DNA of 63,691 nt, from NCBI RefSeq assembly GCF_001194135.2, contig NC_069003.1, positions 22,702,451 through 22,766,141 of the forward strand, in the 5' to 3' direction. A program made the position numbers and the translations under genes. Positions 1 to 13,880 of the stretch are shown piece by piece; positions within the stretch are counted from its first letter, which is position 1; each line of letters begins with the position of its first letter. This stretch comes from Octopus bimaculoides. Its lineage: Eukaryota. The notes below the pieces were generated by a model. The model was not told the origin of the DNA, ran no database searches, and saw nothing but the letters and a program-made list of their open reading frames with translations.

Positions 1-436
1 ATATATACACAAAGATTTTTTTACTTTCTCTAAACATTTTAGTGTTTGTACTTGTATAAGGATACACACTAAAATCTTTATGTAATTTTGTTTTGTTTGT
101 TTTTGTTTTTTCTTTTTTTTTTTTGGTAGGGAGATTAGTAAAAATGACTTTGCATAATGCATATGATATTGGACAATGGTATCAGATTCAAAATTATTGA
201 GTTTAAATTTCATGGTAGGCATTTTGTCATGTATCAGTATAATAAGGCTTAACCCATTGGCATTCGGATTATTTTGTCAAATGTAATACTCATTAAAAGA
301 AAAAAAAAATCTTTATTTTATTTGCACATTTAAATACTAAGAAACAAGAGAGATAAGAAAGGAAAGAAAAAAGAAAAGGAAAAGATGGGAGTGGTTGTAA
401 AGCAGCAGAAGATTGGCGGGGAGAGGGTAATGTGTC

Positions 437-612
437 CCCTATCCCAGAGGAAATCGTGTGCTCAGTTGCACCCCATGGTAAAAACATGATTGGGCCACAT
501 ATCCTAGAGGAAATGGTGTGCTCGGCTGTGCCCAGTGGTAACTACCGTGATTAAGCCACCTATCCCAGAGGAAATGGTGTGCTCAGCTGTGCCCTGCAGT
601 AACAGCCATGAT
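437..612. repeat. Three-copy ~60-bp tandem repeat
   Basis: Core atcc(c/t)agaggaaat(c/g)gtgtgctc at 441, 501 and 562. Confidence 0.85.
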
Positions 613-1791
613 GGCGTTGCCATGAAGAATGACCAGTGACATTCACTGCAGCAGTCATTCCTCCCTGTGAGGCTCATTTCTACTTTGTGATGGAAATTGG
701 TAATACGGGGTCCGAGAAAACCTGACTTCATAACTTATTTATTCACATTGTTTTGAATTTATCATACAGCTATCTTGTAGCTTTGAGATTTCAGTGAGAT
801 GATTGTATATTTTTAGAATGACATTGCAGGGTAGGTGCAAGGAGCCAACTCTAGCCAGTTTGAACATAAAACAAGTAGAATATTTGGGCCATTTATGGCT
901 GGTTTAAATGCTAAGGGTTAATTCTACATGACCCAGTTAAACTAGCTTAACGGAATTAGGAATAAATACCAGATGATCAGAGAATGTTATTGACCCCCCA
1001 GTGCAGCATGTTATCAAAGGAAACATTGCATCTGTTATTTGCTTACAGCTATCAAAAGAAAAGCCAAACACCAACTTTTGAAAATTCCTCAGGATTTAGG
1101 CAACTTTATATCACATTTTATATAGGGTTACTGTAATTTTCAGGAAGCCAAGGGGGAAGTTTCTATGTGGATGATCAATCTACTAGAAATAACAGCCAAA
1201 TTTCTTCAAATCACACACTCCTGTCTTTCAAGAACAAAAGCCACATTGAATGATGTAATTACAGTTTAACAAATGGAAGGGATGTTCACTTTGGATTGGG
1301 GTGAAATGATGACAACAACAAAAGCAGCAAGAGTATTTTCTAAGCAGGTTTAAAATTAACATTATTGTAATTTTTAATTAGTCATTGAAGGAACCTGTAT
1401 GTGGTTGTTCCACTTGCAAGAAATAGCAGCCAAATCTCCTTCCAATCACACTCTACAGTCTTAAGAAAGAAGGTCACTTTGGGTATTGTGATCCTAAATG
1501 CACTATGCTTCAGAAGAAGATGGGTTAGCCATGACTGGAATGCCTTTGATGATAGTCTTACTGAACCAAGACTTGGAACTAAATAATAACAGGGCTCTAA
1601 TAGTTCCATTCAATTGGTTTTACAGTCACTGTATTGAAGCTACAAATCAACCCTCATTAGTGTTGGTCACTTTCTGTAGTTACCTTTTCTTCCCTTGTCT
1701 TTTCTTTTTGCTCTTATTGCCTAACTCTAGTGTTCCAGAGAACATCCACATGGTACCAATTTTACATGGCCTGTTTTGTTGCTATTGTGAA

Positions 1792-2115
1792 GGTGCATCG
1801 CTCTGTGGTTAGAGCGTTGGGCTTACAATCACAAGGTAGTGAGTTTGATTCCCAGACCAGGCTGTGTGTTGTGTTCTTGAGCAAGAACCTTTACTTCATG
1901 TTGCTCCAGTTCACTCAGTTGCAGAAATGAGTTGCGACATCACTGGTGCCAAGCTGTATCGGCCCCTTTGCCTTTCCCTTGGACATTGGTGGCATAGAGA
2001 GGGGAAGCTGTTATACATGGGCAACTGCTGGTCTTCTATAAACAACTTTGCCCAGACTTGTGCCTTGGAGGGAAACTTTCTAGGTGTAATCCCATGGTCA
2101 TTTATGACTGAAGGG
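1792..2115 (+). mobile_element. tRNA-derived SINE family C
   Basis: Head gctctgtggttagagcg...gagtttgattccc, then cttgagcaagaac...ttgctccagttcactcag, a typical SINE core-like segment. Confidence 0.7.
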
Positions 2116-2790
2116 GCTCATTTCTCATTATTCTTTGTTATTAAGCCCCAGGGAAACCCTGATCATGCAGACCTGCTATAATCAAATGAATTCTAGCTTT
2201 GATCATTCAGTTTGTTTTTATTATTATTATTATCTTGTTCAATGTGTCCTTTCTCTTTTAGATGGTAGAGTGAGATTTGACAGAGATTTGACTGCTGTTT
2301 CAAAAGGATCAAACAGTGTTATAGTCTAACTTGTTGGGTTATGTGGTTAGTTTCATGATAAATAATGCCTACACAAATCTTTTAAAACTGAAATATAACT
2401 TGTTCATTGCAGTGAAGTGTGTCATTGATTTTGAAGTTACATTCAGCAGTAAATGGTTAACTATTAGGCTAAAATGCCATATATTTAACTTCTGTTATTT
2501 TAGTTTAAATTCTGCTAGGGGTGCCTTCACTCCTCATCTCTCCTTTCATATCACACACACACACACACACACACACACATTTAGGGTGAGCCAAAAGTTA
2601 CACATCAAAACATTTGATATTAATGTTGTTATTACTATTCATACTTTTGGGGTCAAAAAATCAAGTACCAGTGAAACACTGGAGTCAATGTAATCAATTA
2701 GTCCCCTCCCACCAAATTTCAGGCCTTGTGCCTGTAATCATCATTATCATCCTCATCATTTAACGTCCGCATTCCATGCTGGCATGGGTT

Positions 2791-3315
2791 GTTATTATTA
2801 TTATTATTATTATTGTTCAGTAGTTTTATTTTTATAACGTGCTTTCACTTCACTACCAAGCGCAGCTCTGTGTGCCTTGGGTATGTGCTGTGGTTTGCTG
2901 TGATACGCTTATGGTCACTGTATTGAAAGTGTTTTGCGTAGGATGTGTGCAGTGCCCAGTAGTGCAATTTTCTGTATGTTATATATATTTGTAAGTCCTG
3001 GTGTTTTTGTTATGCATTTGTCTGAATATTTTTTTATTATACCTAAGGCACCTACTATGATAGGAATTGTTTCTGTTTTTAGATTCCACATTCGAGTTAC
3101 CTCTATTTCCAGGTCTTTGTATTTTGAAAGTTTCTCCATTTCTTTTAGGGAAATGTTGTCATCTGCTGGTATTGATACATCAATTAGAAAGCATTTTTTT
3201 CCTTCATGATCTTTGACAACTATATCTGGTCTATTGGCCTTAATTTCTCTCTCTGTGTGTATTGGCATATCCCAGAGTATGGTTACTTTCTCGTTTTCTG
3301 TGGTGTATTCATCAT
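2791..3315 (-). mobile_element. 5'-truncated RLE-type non-LTR retrotransposon (R4/Dong/NeSL-like) 3' end
   Basis: Open RLE domain ILWDMPIHT...NRPDIVVKD...FLIDVSIP...EKLSKYKDL...IPIIVGALG, followed by a 3' UTR and (AAT)n tail. Confidence 0.88.
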
Positions 3316-3831
3316 TTTATTTACTTGATTCAATTTTAGAAAAATTGAAACATACCTTTGACAATTCTGGAGTATATTGAACTTGTATTGTGTGTAACTT
3401 TTAGCCCACCCTGTATATATATAACTATGCCATTATTAAAAAAAAAAATCATTACATGTCCCCACCTCCTTCACACCATTTTGTTACATCGTTTTTCCTT
3501 ACAAATTCTACTACACAATCGAGTATAGCTGGACTTACCTGATAAGTATTGAGCTTTCTGATAAACAACAATACCTTTAGTCTCCAGAGTTTTCAAATAC
3601 TAATGCTTAGATATTTTCATATCTTTTCATTTTAAATGTTGTTAGCCTGATATGATAAATCAGAAATGAAATTGTTATATATTTCATTTTGACTCATTCT
3701 TTAAATTTTACCTCACAGCATATTTGGCTAGATGACTAGGCTGTAAGGAGAGACCCAGTTCTTGTCAAAACAAATTTTATAATGAATTAAGCTTTGCTTA
3801 TAATATTTAGTCCTTCCCTATCCCCATCAGT

Positions 3832-4214
3832 GTGGGGGCGCAATGGCCCAGTGGTTAGGACAGCAGACTCGCAGTCATAGGATCGCGGTTTCGATTCCCA
3901 GACCGGGCATAGTGAGTGTTTATTGAGTGAAAACACCTAAAAGCTCCACGAGGCTCCAGCAGGGGATGGTGGCGAACCCTGCTGTACTCTTTCACCACAA
4001 CTTTCACTCACTCTTACTTCCTATTTCTGTTGTACCTGTAATTCAAAGGGTCAGCCTTGTCACACTGTGTCACGCTGAATATCCCCGAGAACTACGTTAA
4101 GGGTAGACTGTCTGTGGAGTGCTCAGCCACTTGCACTTTAATTTCACGAGCAGGCTGTTCCGTTGATCGGATCAATCAGAACCCTCGTCATCGTAAGCGA
4201 CGGAGTGCCAACAG
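3832..4214 (+). mobile_element. tRNA-derived SINE family A, full length
   Basis: A/B boxes tggcccagtggtt and gtttcgattcc. 12-bp TSD atccccatcagt (3820-3831, 4215-4226). Near-identical copies at 28277 and 53416. Confidence 0.9.
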
Positions 4215-4318
4215 ATCCCCATCAGTAAATATTATGTTATTCATAAATTTTCTAAACAACTAAACAACATAAATTTTCTAACAGCTAAATTAACATTTAT
4301 GGAATAGATGTGAATTAT

Positions 4319-4474
4319 AGGCACAGGTATGACTGTGGGGAAGCTTGTTTCCCAACCACATCGTTCTGGGTTCAGTCCCACTGTGTGGTACTTTGAGTTT
4401 GTGTCTTCTGCTATACCCTTTGGCTAACCAAAGCTTTGTGAGTGGATTTGGTAGATGGAAACTGAAAGAAGCCC

Positions 4475-4540
<66 letters not shown>

Positions 4541-4735
4541 TCTCCCACCACCATTAGACAACTGGTGTTGGCGTGTTTACATCCTTGTAACTTAGCAGTT
4601 TGGCAAAAGAGACTTGTAGAATAAGTACCAGGCTTAAAAAAAAAAAAGTACCAGGGTTAATTCATTCAACAAAAACTTCTTCAAGGCAGTGCCCCAGCAT
4701 GGCCACTGTCTAATGACTGAAGCGAGTAAAAGATA
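4319..4735 (+). mobile_element. SINE family B copy with internal (TG)30
   Basis: Aligns by eye to the 8167 copy. Confidence 0.85.
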
Positions 4736-5659
4736 AATGATAAAGATAGTGAGTGGCCTATTATAAAACTGTTACCAATGATACTATTTACCACAAATTG
4801 CTATATAAAATAAGATAAATGCTTGTAAAATCACTGCAATTATCATATTGTAAGTCATCAATGATGTCTATAATTTTCCTTCCATCACTAACTACATAAC
4901 TTTGGTATCTCAGTCATTCCTCATTTCATGAGTGGTGTTTTAAACACAAACTAGCCTCTGTTGTACTGGTGTGTGTATATCATATTAGTAGATATTATGT
5001 TACATTCGATTGATAAGCATTGCTACACCCAATGATAACAGGACCCCTAAGGGTCAATATAATCAGTTCTTTCTCTTTTCCTTTGCCCAAAATTAATGGC
5101 TTTGTTCATAGAGATCACATGAAGCGTTAAGGAATGGTATTTTCCATTAACCCATGAACATCTAAACTGGCCATAGAAGGCCAAAATATTCTGTTTTATG
5201 TTCAAATCAACCAGATCCTGCCTCTTGCACATACCATGCAATGTCATTTTTAAAATATACAATCACATCATTGAAATCTCAAAGCTATGACACAATGCCT
5301 GATTAATTCAAAATGATAGGAACGAAATAATCGTTACATATGACAGAGTAATCTGAATCTAAAGAGTAAACCTACTTTTTTACCTGATGACTATGTAAGT
5401 TTTTTGGGATAAATATTGGAATCCAGGCAACTTTCTTGTTGATTTGATGATGGTGTGTGTGTATGTGTACGTACAGTTTCTTGTTTATTTTGTGATACAA
5501 AACAAGAACATAATCACTGCAAGCTTGTCTGCTGGCCTTTGAAGAATATAAGGTTTTGGTATATGCTTATTTGTGTTGTGGGGTAAACAGGGATTACATT
5601 TCTGAAACATAATCCCTGCTGCCTTAAATATGAATACACTTGTGTGTGCGCACATGCAT

Positions 5660-5771
<112 letters not shown>

Positions 5772-6435
5772 TCCATTATAGAAGTAAGTACACCAATTAT
5801 TAGAGGAAATATGCAGTATTTGAGTAAGGTAGATGTACAGATGAAGAAATTTAGATTACTATCTGGATTAAAATTGTAGGCCTAAAAATAAGTGAATGAA
5901 TTGACTGAGAAAACTTCTCTTTTATCCATTCTTTCAGTTAGATGTTAAGAATTTGTACAGTCATACTTCATTGCACTCCTATTTCAACAACCCAAATTGT
6001 ATTTCATTTCTGCTAGTTTCAATTACCATGTGTTTATCAACAAATTGCTGCTAGTTTGCTGTCTAGTTATTCATGTACCTGTTATCTGGCTCACTGACAA
6101 ATGCTATTCCCATCACAAATAAAGAGCCGTTTGTGCACCATATTTATTCCAGATTTGAAATATATCAATTGTCCATTGCCAATTCTATCATACTGCAATT
6201 ATTTATAGGTAAATTATTTATTTGTAGTTATCATTTTGGGAGCATCTTGTAGTTATCACAAAAAAAGCCATGGCAACACAAGTAACTTTAACTGTGTGTA
6301 CTTTGATTCTGTAAACTCAACATCTGCAATGCAAACAGTGAATAATGATATCTTTCCTTTACAATTTTGTGATAATGCTGTTTTTTTATCGTAGCTATGT
6401 TTGTTAGTTTTTCCTGTTTGATTTTGTTTGTACAG

Positions 6436-6469
6436 GTTGTTTGGTATGTGCCATTGTCAGCGTTGCAGG
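6436..6469 (+). CDS. Weak candidate upstream 34-nt exon (phase 1 to 2), CLVCAIVSVAG
   Basis: Acceptor ttttcctgtttgattttgtttgtacAG and donor AGG|GTAATT. The end phase fits exon 13881. Splice signals only. Confidence 0.2.
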
Positions 6470-6995
6470 GTAATTGTTAGGCCTTGTATATGTCAGAAAA
6501 GATTCTGCTTTTCTTCAGATGATTATAATTATTATTTTCATGAAAACTCTCAGCTTCCTTTGCTGGCTATGGTGGAAAATGTCAGCTGTCTATGACCAGT
6601 AGACTAAGATGACATTTGTTTACTAATCATGCCTCAAGAACCCTGCTGAGAACTCTTGCATTTCCAAACAACGAGGATTTTTGTTGATGTTCTCTCTTAA
6701 CATTTGTACCAATTTTTTTTGAGCCACGTTGGTAATGGAGTGCTGATACTTCCAAGCTCACCAGTCACTATTGCTACCATGACCACTCCCTTCATTACCT
6801 ACAACCTGTGTATTTCCCACTTGCAATTCATCATAGTTGTTCAGTCTTTCTTCTTCTATCTCTTTGCTCATGTTGTCACCTGGACATGCTATGTCAATTA
6901 TCAGGCATATTTTTTCTTTTCTGTTCACCATTACAATGTCAGGTTTTTGATGTGTAATCTGATGGTCATTATTATCATTATTATTATTATTATTA

Positions 6996-7030
<35 letters not shown>

Positions 7031-7980
7031 ATTACCTCTGCCTTAATGAAGGTGGAGGTATTGTTTTCAGTCATGTTTGTTTGTCTGTGGACTAGATATC
7101 TCAAAAACTGCTGGATGGATTTGGATGAAACTTTTAGGGACTGGCATGAACTGATTAGATTTGGGGATTGATTTGGTACTGAACAAGAATTCTGGATTAT
7201 TTGTTATATTTACTTTACATGAAGTATTATGATCTTACGTTGACTTTAGAGGCTTTCTCTGATTATCTCCTTTGAAAGCACACTCATGGTTTCCACGTAA
7301 GATATGGTGGCGTTGCTGTTTACAAAGTTTTATTTTCGTTTCTCTATTATTAATTTTACTCTTGTCTCTATCTTAGTAGAAACTGATGAATCAAACTTCA
7401 TAAACAAACAACAGCAAAACTGTTCGGAAATTAAATAACACTGACATATTCAGTAACAATAATAAATTTAAATTATCCTTGACAATTTTTAGTTTTACCA
7501 ATTTTGAATATATCGCTCTTGTTTAACATCTCTTACCTACTTGGCAATTGCATTTCTAGTTTTGTGCACAACAATGTTGTTAAACCTCTATTAAGAGCAC
7601 CGTATGCAGGTCCTTTCTGTTTTCTTTCATACACAGATAAATTTATCAGTATAGACCTTAGTGGAAGTAAAGACACTATATCAGTGGATAGACTGAAAAA
7701 GGCCTTCATAGAAAAAACTGTTCCTGTTCCCACTGCAGACGATACACATTCCATGACTACCATTGGGATTGATCAGTTACCGGACAAGGATTCTGGATTA
7801 TTTTCCCGTTTTTTTTACTTAATTTTTGAGAGCAGTCAGGTTCATTTTTAGTATTCTTGTTTGTGAGAGCAGTCGAGTTTATTTTAGATATTTTCATTTT
7901 AAAAATCATCTCCGGCTAATTGTTGAGAGGACGTTGGTATTGCCTTGGACGGAGGTTTGTGCTCTCTGAGTGCTCTTATT
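7031..7980 (+). mobile_element. Helentron-associated non-autonomous element (HINE/DINE-like) inserted in an (ATT)n tract
   Basis: 5' hairpin tacctctgcctt-aatg-aaggtggaggta followed by tgtttgtttgtctgt...ggatggatttggatgaaactt. The 3' end has a subterminal repeat ccttggacggagg plus stem-loop gtgctc-tct-gagtgc, matching the recalled HINE layout. Confidence 0.65.
7561..7761 (+). pseudogene. Ty3/Gypsy integrase C-terminal (GPY/F) fragment inside the HINE
   Basis: VHNNVVKPLLRAPYAGPFCFLSYTDKFISIDLSGSKDTISVDRLKKAF matches the GPY/F module pattern ..KPL.PPY.GPF.V......DTVSIDRLKPA. Confidence 0.8.
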
Positions 7981-8166
7981 ATTATTATTATTATTATTAT
8001 TATGAGTTTTTCTCCTTTCCATTTTGTTTCCATTTCTTGCTGAGTACCTTTCTGACTCTTTGGACAAAGAAACTCAGTGTATACATTGTTAAGCCATTAA
8101 ACTAAACACACCACATAGTTCTTTCTCAAAATGAAATGAAGTTATGTGTAAAAAAAAATTAAAATA

Positions 8167-8556
8167 CTGGAGTGGCTGTGTGGTAAGTAGCTTGCTTACC
8201 AACCACATGGTTCCAGGTTCAGTCCCACTGCGTGGTACCTTGGGCAAGTGTCTTCTACAATAGCCTCGGGCTAACCAAAGCCTTGTGGGTGGATTTGGTA
8301 GACGGAAACTGAAAGAAGCCCATCGTATATATGCATATATATATATATGTATGTGTGTTTGTGTGTCTGTGTTTGTTCCCCCACCATTGTTTGACAACCG
8401 ATGGTGGTGTGTTTACGTCCCCGTAACTTAGCGGTTCGGCAAAAGAGACCGATAGAATAAGTACTAGGCTTCCAAAGAATAAGTCCTGGGGTTGATTTGT
8501 TTGACTAAAGGCGGTACTCCAGCATGGCCACAGTCAAATGACTGAAACAAGTAAAA
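8167..8556 (+). mobile_element. tRNA-derived SINE family B (internal TA/TG microsatellite)
   Basis: Head gtggctgtgtggtaag...ggttcagtcccactgcgtgg, tail ...ccagcatggcc.cagtcaaatgactgaaacaagtaaaa. Many copies in the window. Confidence 0.88.
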
Positions 8557-8589
8557 CAATAAAAGGAAGAATAAATGCATGGGTGGAAA

Positions 8590-9095
8590 TCGTTCTCACA
8601 TTGACAATTCTCTTCTCCTTACATGTGACATACGAGTTAAAACAATCTCTTGCACTCCTTCCAGGGATCATTCTCAAATAATTGTCAGTTTCTTTTTTTT
8701 TATCATTCCTAGTGTGCCTACAATCACTGGTATTGTAACTGCATTGTGATGCCACATTTTTTCAATTTCAATGAGCAAAACTTTATATTTTCTGACCTTG
8801 TCAAATTCTTTTGCCGAGATATTATGATTGCAAAGAATACCCATGTCGATCAACAAACAAACTTTATTGTTTTGGTATTTCACATGAATATCCAATTTAT
8901 CAGCTCTAATGGTTCAGTCTGTATGTATTGGAAAGTCCCAAAGAATTGTTACATTTTCTCTCTCAGTTAAAGTCTCAGGGTGGTGATTATACCACTTGTC
9001 AGCAGTTTTGATTTTACAATGCCGGCATATTAAGCAATGTAAATATTGGCCAACTCTGTCATGTCTTGGTTTATACTCCACTGGTCCTAAGACTT
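8590..9095 (-). mobile_element. Decayed RLE-type LINE 3' fragment
   Basis: RHDRVGQYLH...ILWDFPIHTD and LLIDMGI...KVRKYKVL..EIEKMW...VTIPVIVGTLG, frameshifted. Confidence 0.8.
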
Positions 9096-10380
9096 TACAT
9101 CCATTATTATTATTATCATCAATAGTATTCATCATCATCATCATCATTTAACATACGTTGTCCATGCTGGCATGGGTTGGATGGTTTGACCAGGGATGGC
9201 AAGCTGGAAGGCTGTGCCAAACTCTAGTCTCATTTGGCATGATTTCTATGGCTAGATGCCCTTCTTAACACCAGCCACTTAAAGAGTGTAATGGGTGCTT
9301 TTACATGCCGCTGGCACAGGTACCATTTGTGTGACATCTGCCACGACTATGATTTCACTTGGCTTGATGGGTCTTCTACTCAAGCATGGCATAATATCAA
9401 AGGTCTCGGTCATTTGTCATTGCTTCTGTGAGTCCTAACACTCAAAAGATGCTGTTCACAAGCCACTGGTATTGACCACCTTGCTTCTGTGAAACCAACG
9501 CTTGAAAGGGTGCCAGTTGCTTGACACTAGCATCAACCAAGACTACGATTTCACTTGGCATGACAGATCTTCTCAAAGGTTTCAGTCACTAGTCACTGAC
9601 TTCATGAGGCCCAAAGATTGAAGATCATGCTTCACAGCCTTGTCCCATGTCTTCCTGGGTCTACCTCTACCACAGGCTCCTTATATATATATAGTTGTAA
9701 TAATGAAGTCAAACTAACATTAACTTCAAAAACATCATTGCATCCTCACCAAGAATTACTGACAGTTATTAATTATTTTTATTATTCTTAAACATTCACT
9801 GCACTAGTGCTGAGGACTCCATCTTGAACGAATGTTGATCAGAACAGGTAACATAAACGACATCCACCTTGAATAATGTGTATTGATAAACATTATCTGT
9901 AGGTTTTTGAAGGTTGAAGTCAGCATTTAACTGTTTACTAAACAAAGCTAATTTCTACAATTGCTTGAGGCTAGATATCTTGCTAACCTTCAACATTTTG
10001 TTTCTGGACACTTGGTAAAGTTGTTTTGACTTATGATACATTGCATGTATTTCTTTTTTGCTGTTGTGTCTAGGTTGTTGACATATCTGTTCTTTGGTTA
10101 GTAACTTCCACTATCACATTTTCTGGTACAAACATTTCAAATGTCTATTGAACAAAATATTTTGCAAAATATTAAACACATCTTGCAATCCTGTGAAGTT
10201 TCATCAAAATTGATAAAACAATGGAGGAGGAGTTAGCTAACAACTCTGCAAACAAACACGCCCACAGACAGAATTTCCCATACATATATATATATATATA
10301 TATATATACATACATATACTTACAGATATATATACATATATATATATACATACATATACATGCAGATATATATACATATT

Positions 10381-10701
10381 TTAGTCAAATGAATTGACAC
10401 CAGTACTTATTTTTTTTAAAGCTTGGAACTTATTGTATTTTTTGCTGAACTGCTAAGTTATGGAGCTGTAAACACACCAACACGGGGTGTCAAGTGGTGA
10501 CAAGGAACAAACACACACACACACACATACACATTTACAATGAGCTTCTTTCAGTTTCCACCTACCAAATTTACTCACTTAGCTTTGATCAGCTCAAGGG
10601 TATAAAAGTAGATACTTGTCCAAGTCATTGCACATTGGGACTGAACCCAGAACCATGTGGTTGGGAAGCAAACATCTTGCCACACAGCCACACCTGTACC
10701 T
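10381..10701 (-). mobile_element. SINE family B copy
   Basis: Reverse complement of family B. Confidence 0.8.
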
Positions 10702-12004
10702 ATAATTGATTATGATTTTAGCTTTGATTTAAAAGACAAGATGGTCATGGCTAGAATGTCATTTATTATGTAGGCCTACTTAATCAGAGCTGACCTGGAG
10801 ATAAACAACAATATTTGAAATCCTACTCTTTAAAACACTTTTTTACATGAACAAATACAAATAAATAATAAATTTAAGTGATAATAGTAATTGTTTCTAA
10901 CTTCATTGACTGAAGATAGCAGATTAAAGTATCTTGCCTAAGGATAAAGTGCAGCACTGTCAGTAGACAATGAGTGAACTAGATTAGTGTATGAGAAATT
11001 TTGTCCTGAGAAACATTGTATAAATAGTTAGTGAGCCTAATGATGTTCTTTGTATTAAGAACATTTTTGAACGTTTTTATTTTATTTTATTTCTCCTCTT
11101 AAAAAGATTGTATAAATGATTACTATTAAAAAGGGAATTTTGCAAAAAGAACATTCTGGCATTTTATCAAATCAGAAAGCCAATATATTCTGATGTTATT
11201 GGCAAAGAAACACAACACAAAATCAAGGGCCTACTAATGCTAATGGTGGGGACAGAGATACTTTGCACAGAGTTTGGGAAATGCATCTTGGTTGCAGACA
11301 TATTTAAATTGAATATTTTTATGAACTTTTTTTTCATGTCTTAGTCAGAGGAGAAAGAGCAATTTCCATATTTTGAAGGACTTTCAGGACTTGTAGGGGA
11401 GGTAAAGGAAACCCATGACTTGTGAGTTGTTACAGTGGCAAGCAGCACTTATCTAAATATCTCCAGACCAGAGACCCTGTATGAATGTTTGTTATAGATT
11501 GGACTTAACCATTTAGCATTCAGATTACTCTGTCAAATGTATTGCTTATTTATTCACATAGTTTTCAGTTAGTCATGCATTATCTTGTAGCTTCAAGATT
11601 TCAATGGTGTGTTTGTATATTTTGAGAATGTCACAGTAGGGTTGGCATGGGAAGTTGGATCTGGTCAGTTTTAGCATAAAACATGCTAATATTTGGCCAG
11701 ATGTAGCCAGTTTAAATGCTAAAGTGTTAAAGTACCCAAGAGCCAAAAAAAACGACAATGTTAAACTGGGCACCCACTCTAACCAAAACTGTTTAAAATT
11801 TAAGTTTGTTTTGGTATCTGTATCAAATAGATATAAACCTTGTGAGTCATAAGAGACATTGTAAAGATATCTGTAAAGTAAGATAAGTTTGTATGTTATT
11901 GTGTAGCCTTATATCAGTGAAAACTTTTAATCCTGCTTGCACACCTATACAGAAATATTTTACAATGTTTGTATTGTTGCTTGGCTTTTCTTACTGTGCT
12001 TATA

Positions 12005-13264
12005 TCAGGCCATTAAGAATGAAATGTCCAATTTTCAGCTGAAAGTTTATTTTACTTTATCTCAACAAAAAAGCAATGCAGTTAATCAAAGTATACACCT
12101 AAATTATCAACACAATTTTGCTATTTTGTCAGTAGCTTACTTATGCCGGCAGTGAAGAATTCTGGAGAGTAAGAGGTGATGAAATCACAAAAGGCTGTTT
12201 TTGCATTTTCAAATTTGAAGTTATTTCCTTGCAAAAAGTTGTCTAATGCTTGGAAAATGTGATTGTCAGTTGGTGCAAGGTCTGGTGAATATGTGGATGA
12301 CAGAGTATTTCCAAGTTCAGTTCCTGTAATTTGAGTAGCATTCTTTGTGAAACATGTGGTCGAGCATTGTCTTGCAAGAGAATTGGCCTGTCTCTATTGA
12401 TCAATCTTAGTTGTTTAATTGCAAGTTCACTCTAACTGGTTGATGCATACATCCACTGTAATTGACTTACCAAGTCTCATGAAGCTGTAGTGAATGACGC
12501 CAGTGCTGGACTACCAAACAGACACCATTAGCTTCTTTTGGTGAATATTCTTTTTTGGATTGTTTTGGCACCTTGTCTCTATCCAACCACCATGCAGAAT
12601 GCTTGCTATTGTTGAAGAGAATCCATTCATCACACAACAATACGGTGCAAAAATGGTTCGCTTTTATGCCATGACAGCAAAGAACAGCAAGTTTCAAGAC
12701 GATGTGTCATCTGAGGCTCGTTTATTTCATGTGGTGCCCACTTGTCCAGCTTCTTTACCTTGCCGATTTGTTTCAGATGGTCCAATACTGTTGGAATGAA
12801 AACATCAAACCTTGCTGCTAACTCATGTGTAGATTGAGATGTATCCACTTCCACTACAGTTTCCAGCTCATCATTATCCACCTTGGTCTCAGGTCTACCA
12901 CAGGGCTGATTTTCAAGAGTAAAGTCACCAAACCAGAACTTCTCAAACCATCGATGTACCATGCACTCATTTGCCACATCTTCACCAAACACCTCATTGA
13001 TGTTTCGAGCTGTCTGGGATGCATTGGTTCCACAATGGAACTCATATTCATAAACAACACAAATCTTTGAACTATCCATAGGTTCACAAAAATTGATTTA
13101 CAAGAGAAGACTCACAATATAATCAGACACCATGAATTGCATTTCGAAAAGTGATGTAATTCTTCAAAGTGATGTAAGACAAAGAATTGTCAGGATAAAA
13201 CAGAGTTAATGACTGTCAAACTTGGTGCATAAGAAAATCGGACATTTCATTCTTAATGACCTGA
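12005..13264 (-). mobile_element. Full-length decayed mariner (D,D34D-type) transposon
   Basis: About 31-bp TIRs tcagg(c/t)cattaagaatgaaatgtcc(a/g)atttt, TA on both sides, 1260 bp. Transposase remnants: HTH ...RWFEKF..GDFTLENQPCGRP, KKLDKWAPH, LLQDNARPH, YSPDLAPTD. Confidence 0.92.
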
Positions 13265-13880
13265 TACATAGTATTTGCAACTCCATTGAAGTTGTATGAA
13301 CATCTAATCATGACAAAGCTATTAATTCCTGACCAGAAATATATAGGATGAATAGAAATGTAATAATCGGTGAACATTTAACAGAAATCATATATGAAAC
13401 ATATTGATTTAACTAAACATTTGAAAAATATCGATTCTAATAATGAATATATTAATAAGCAAAATTATTTTTCATTATTACTGTATGAATTTTCAATGAA
13501 GATGAGTTTATTCTTTCTGTATATCATTGTTTTTTTTTTTTCAGAATGAAATTAAGAAAATCATTTGAAATATCATTTTAATGATTTACAAGCTAAATCT
13601 TTTTAAATCTTGACAAAAAGAAATCTGTATTTCTTATTTTTTGCAGCATTTTCCTCAATTCTAATTTTGTCAATATTTAGTGAGCTTTAGCGACTTGTCA
13701 TGTAAATTGGATACACTAGGAAAATCACTGCTGACATTTTATCTTTACCTGTGATGTAATCATGTCCCACACTTTATTCCAGACCCTTTTTTATCAAGGA
13801 CACTATGTATTAATACTGTTAAATAAAACCTTGATCTCGCTTCTTTATTCTTCTAACTCTCTTTTTCTCTCTCTTTGTAG

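Noticed and set aside
437-612. CRISPR-like repeat array
   Set aside because: Eukaryotic context, units diverge throughout without unique spacers, and there are no cas genes.
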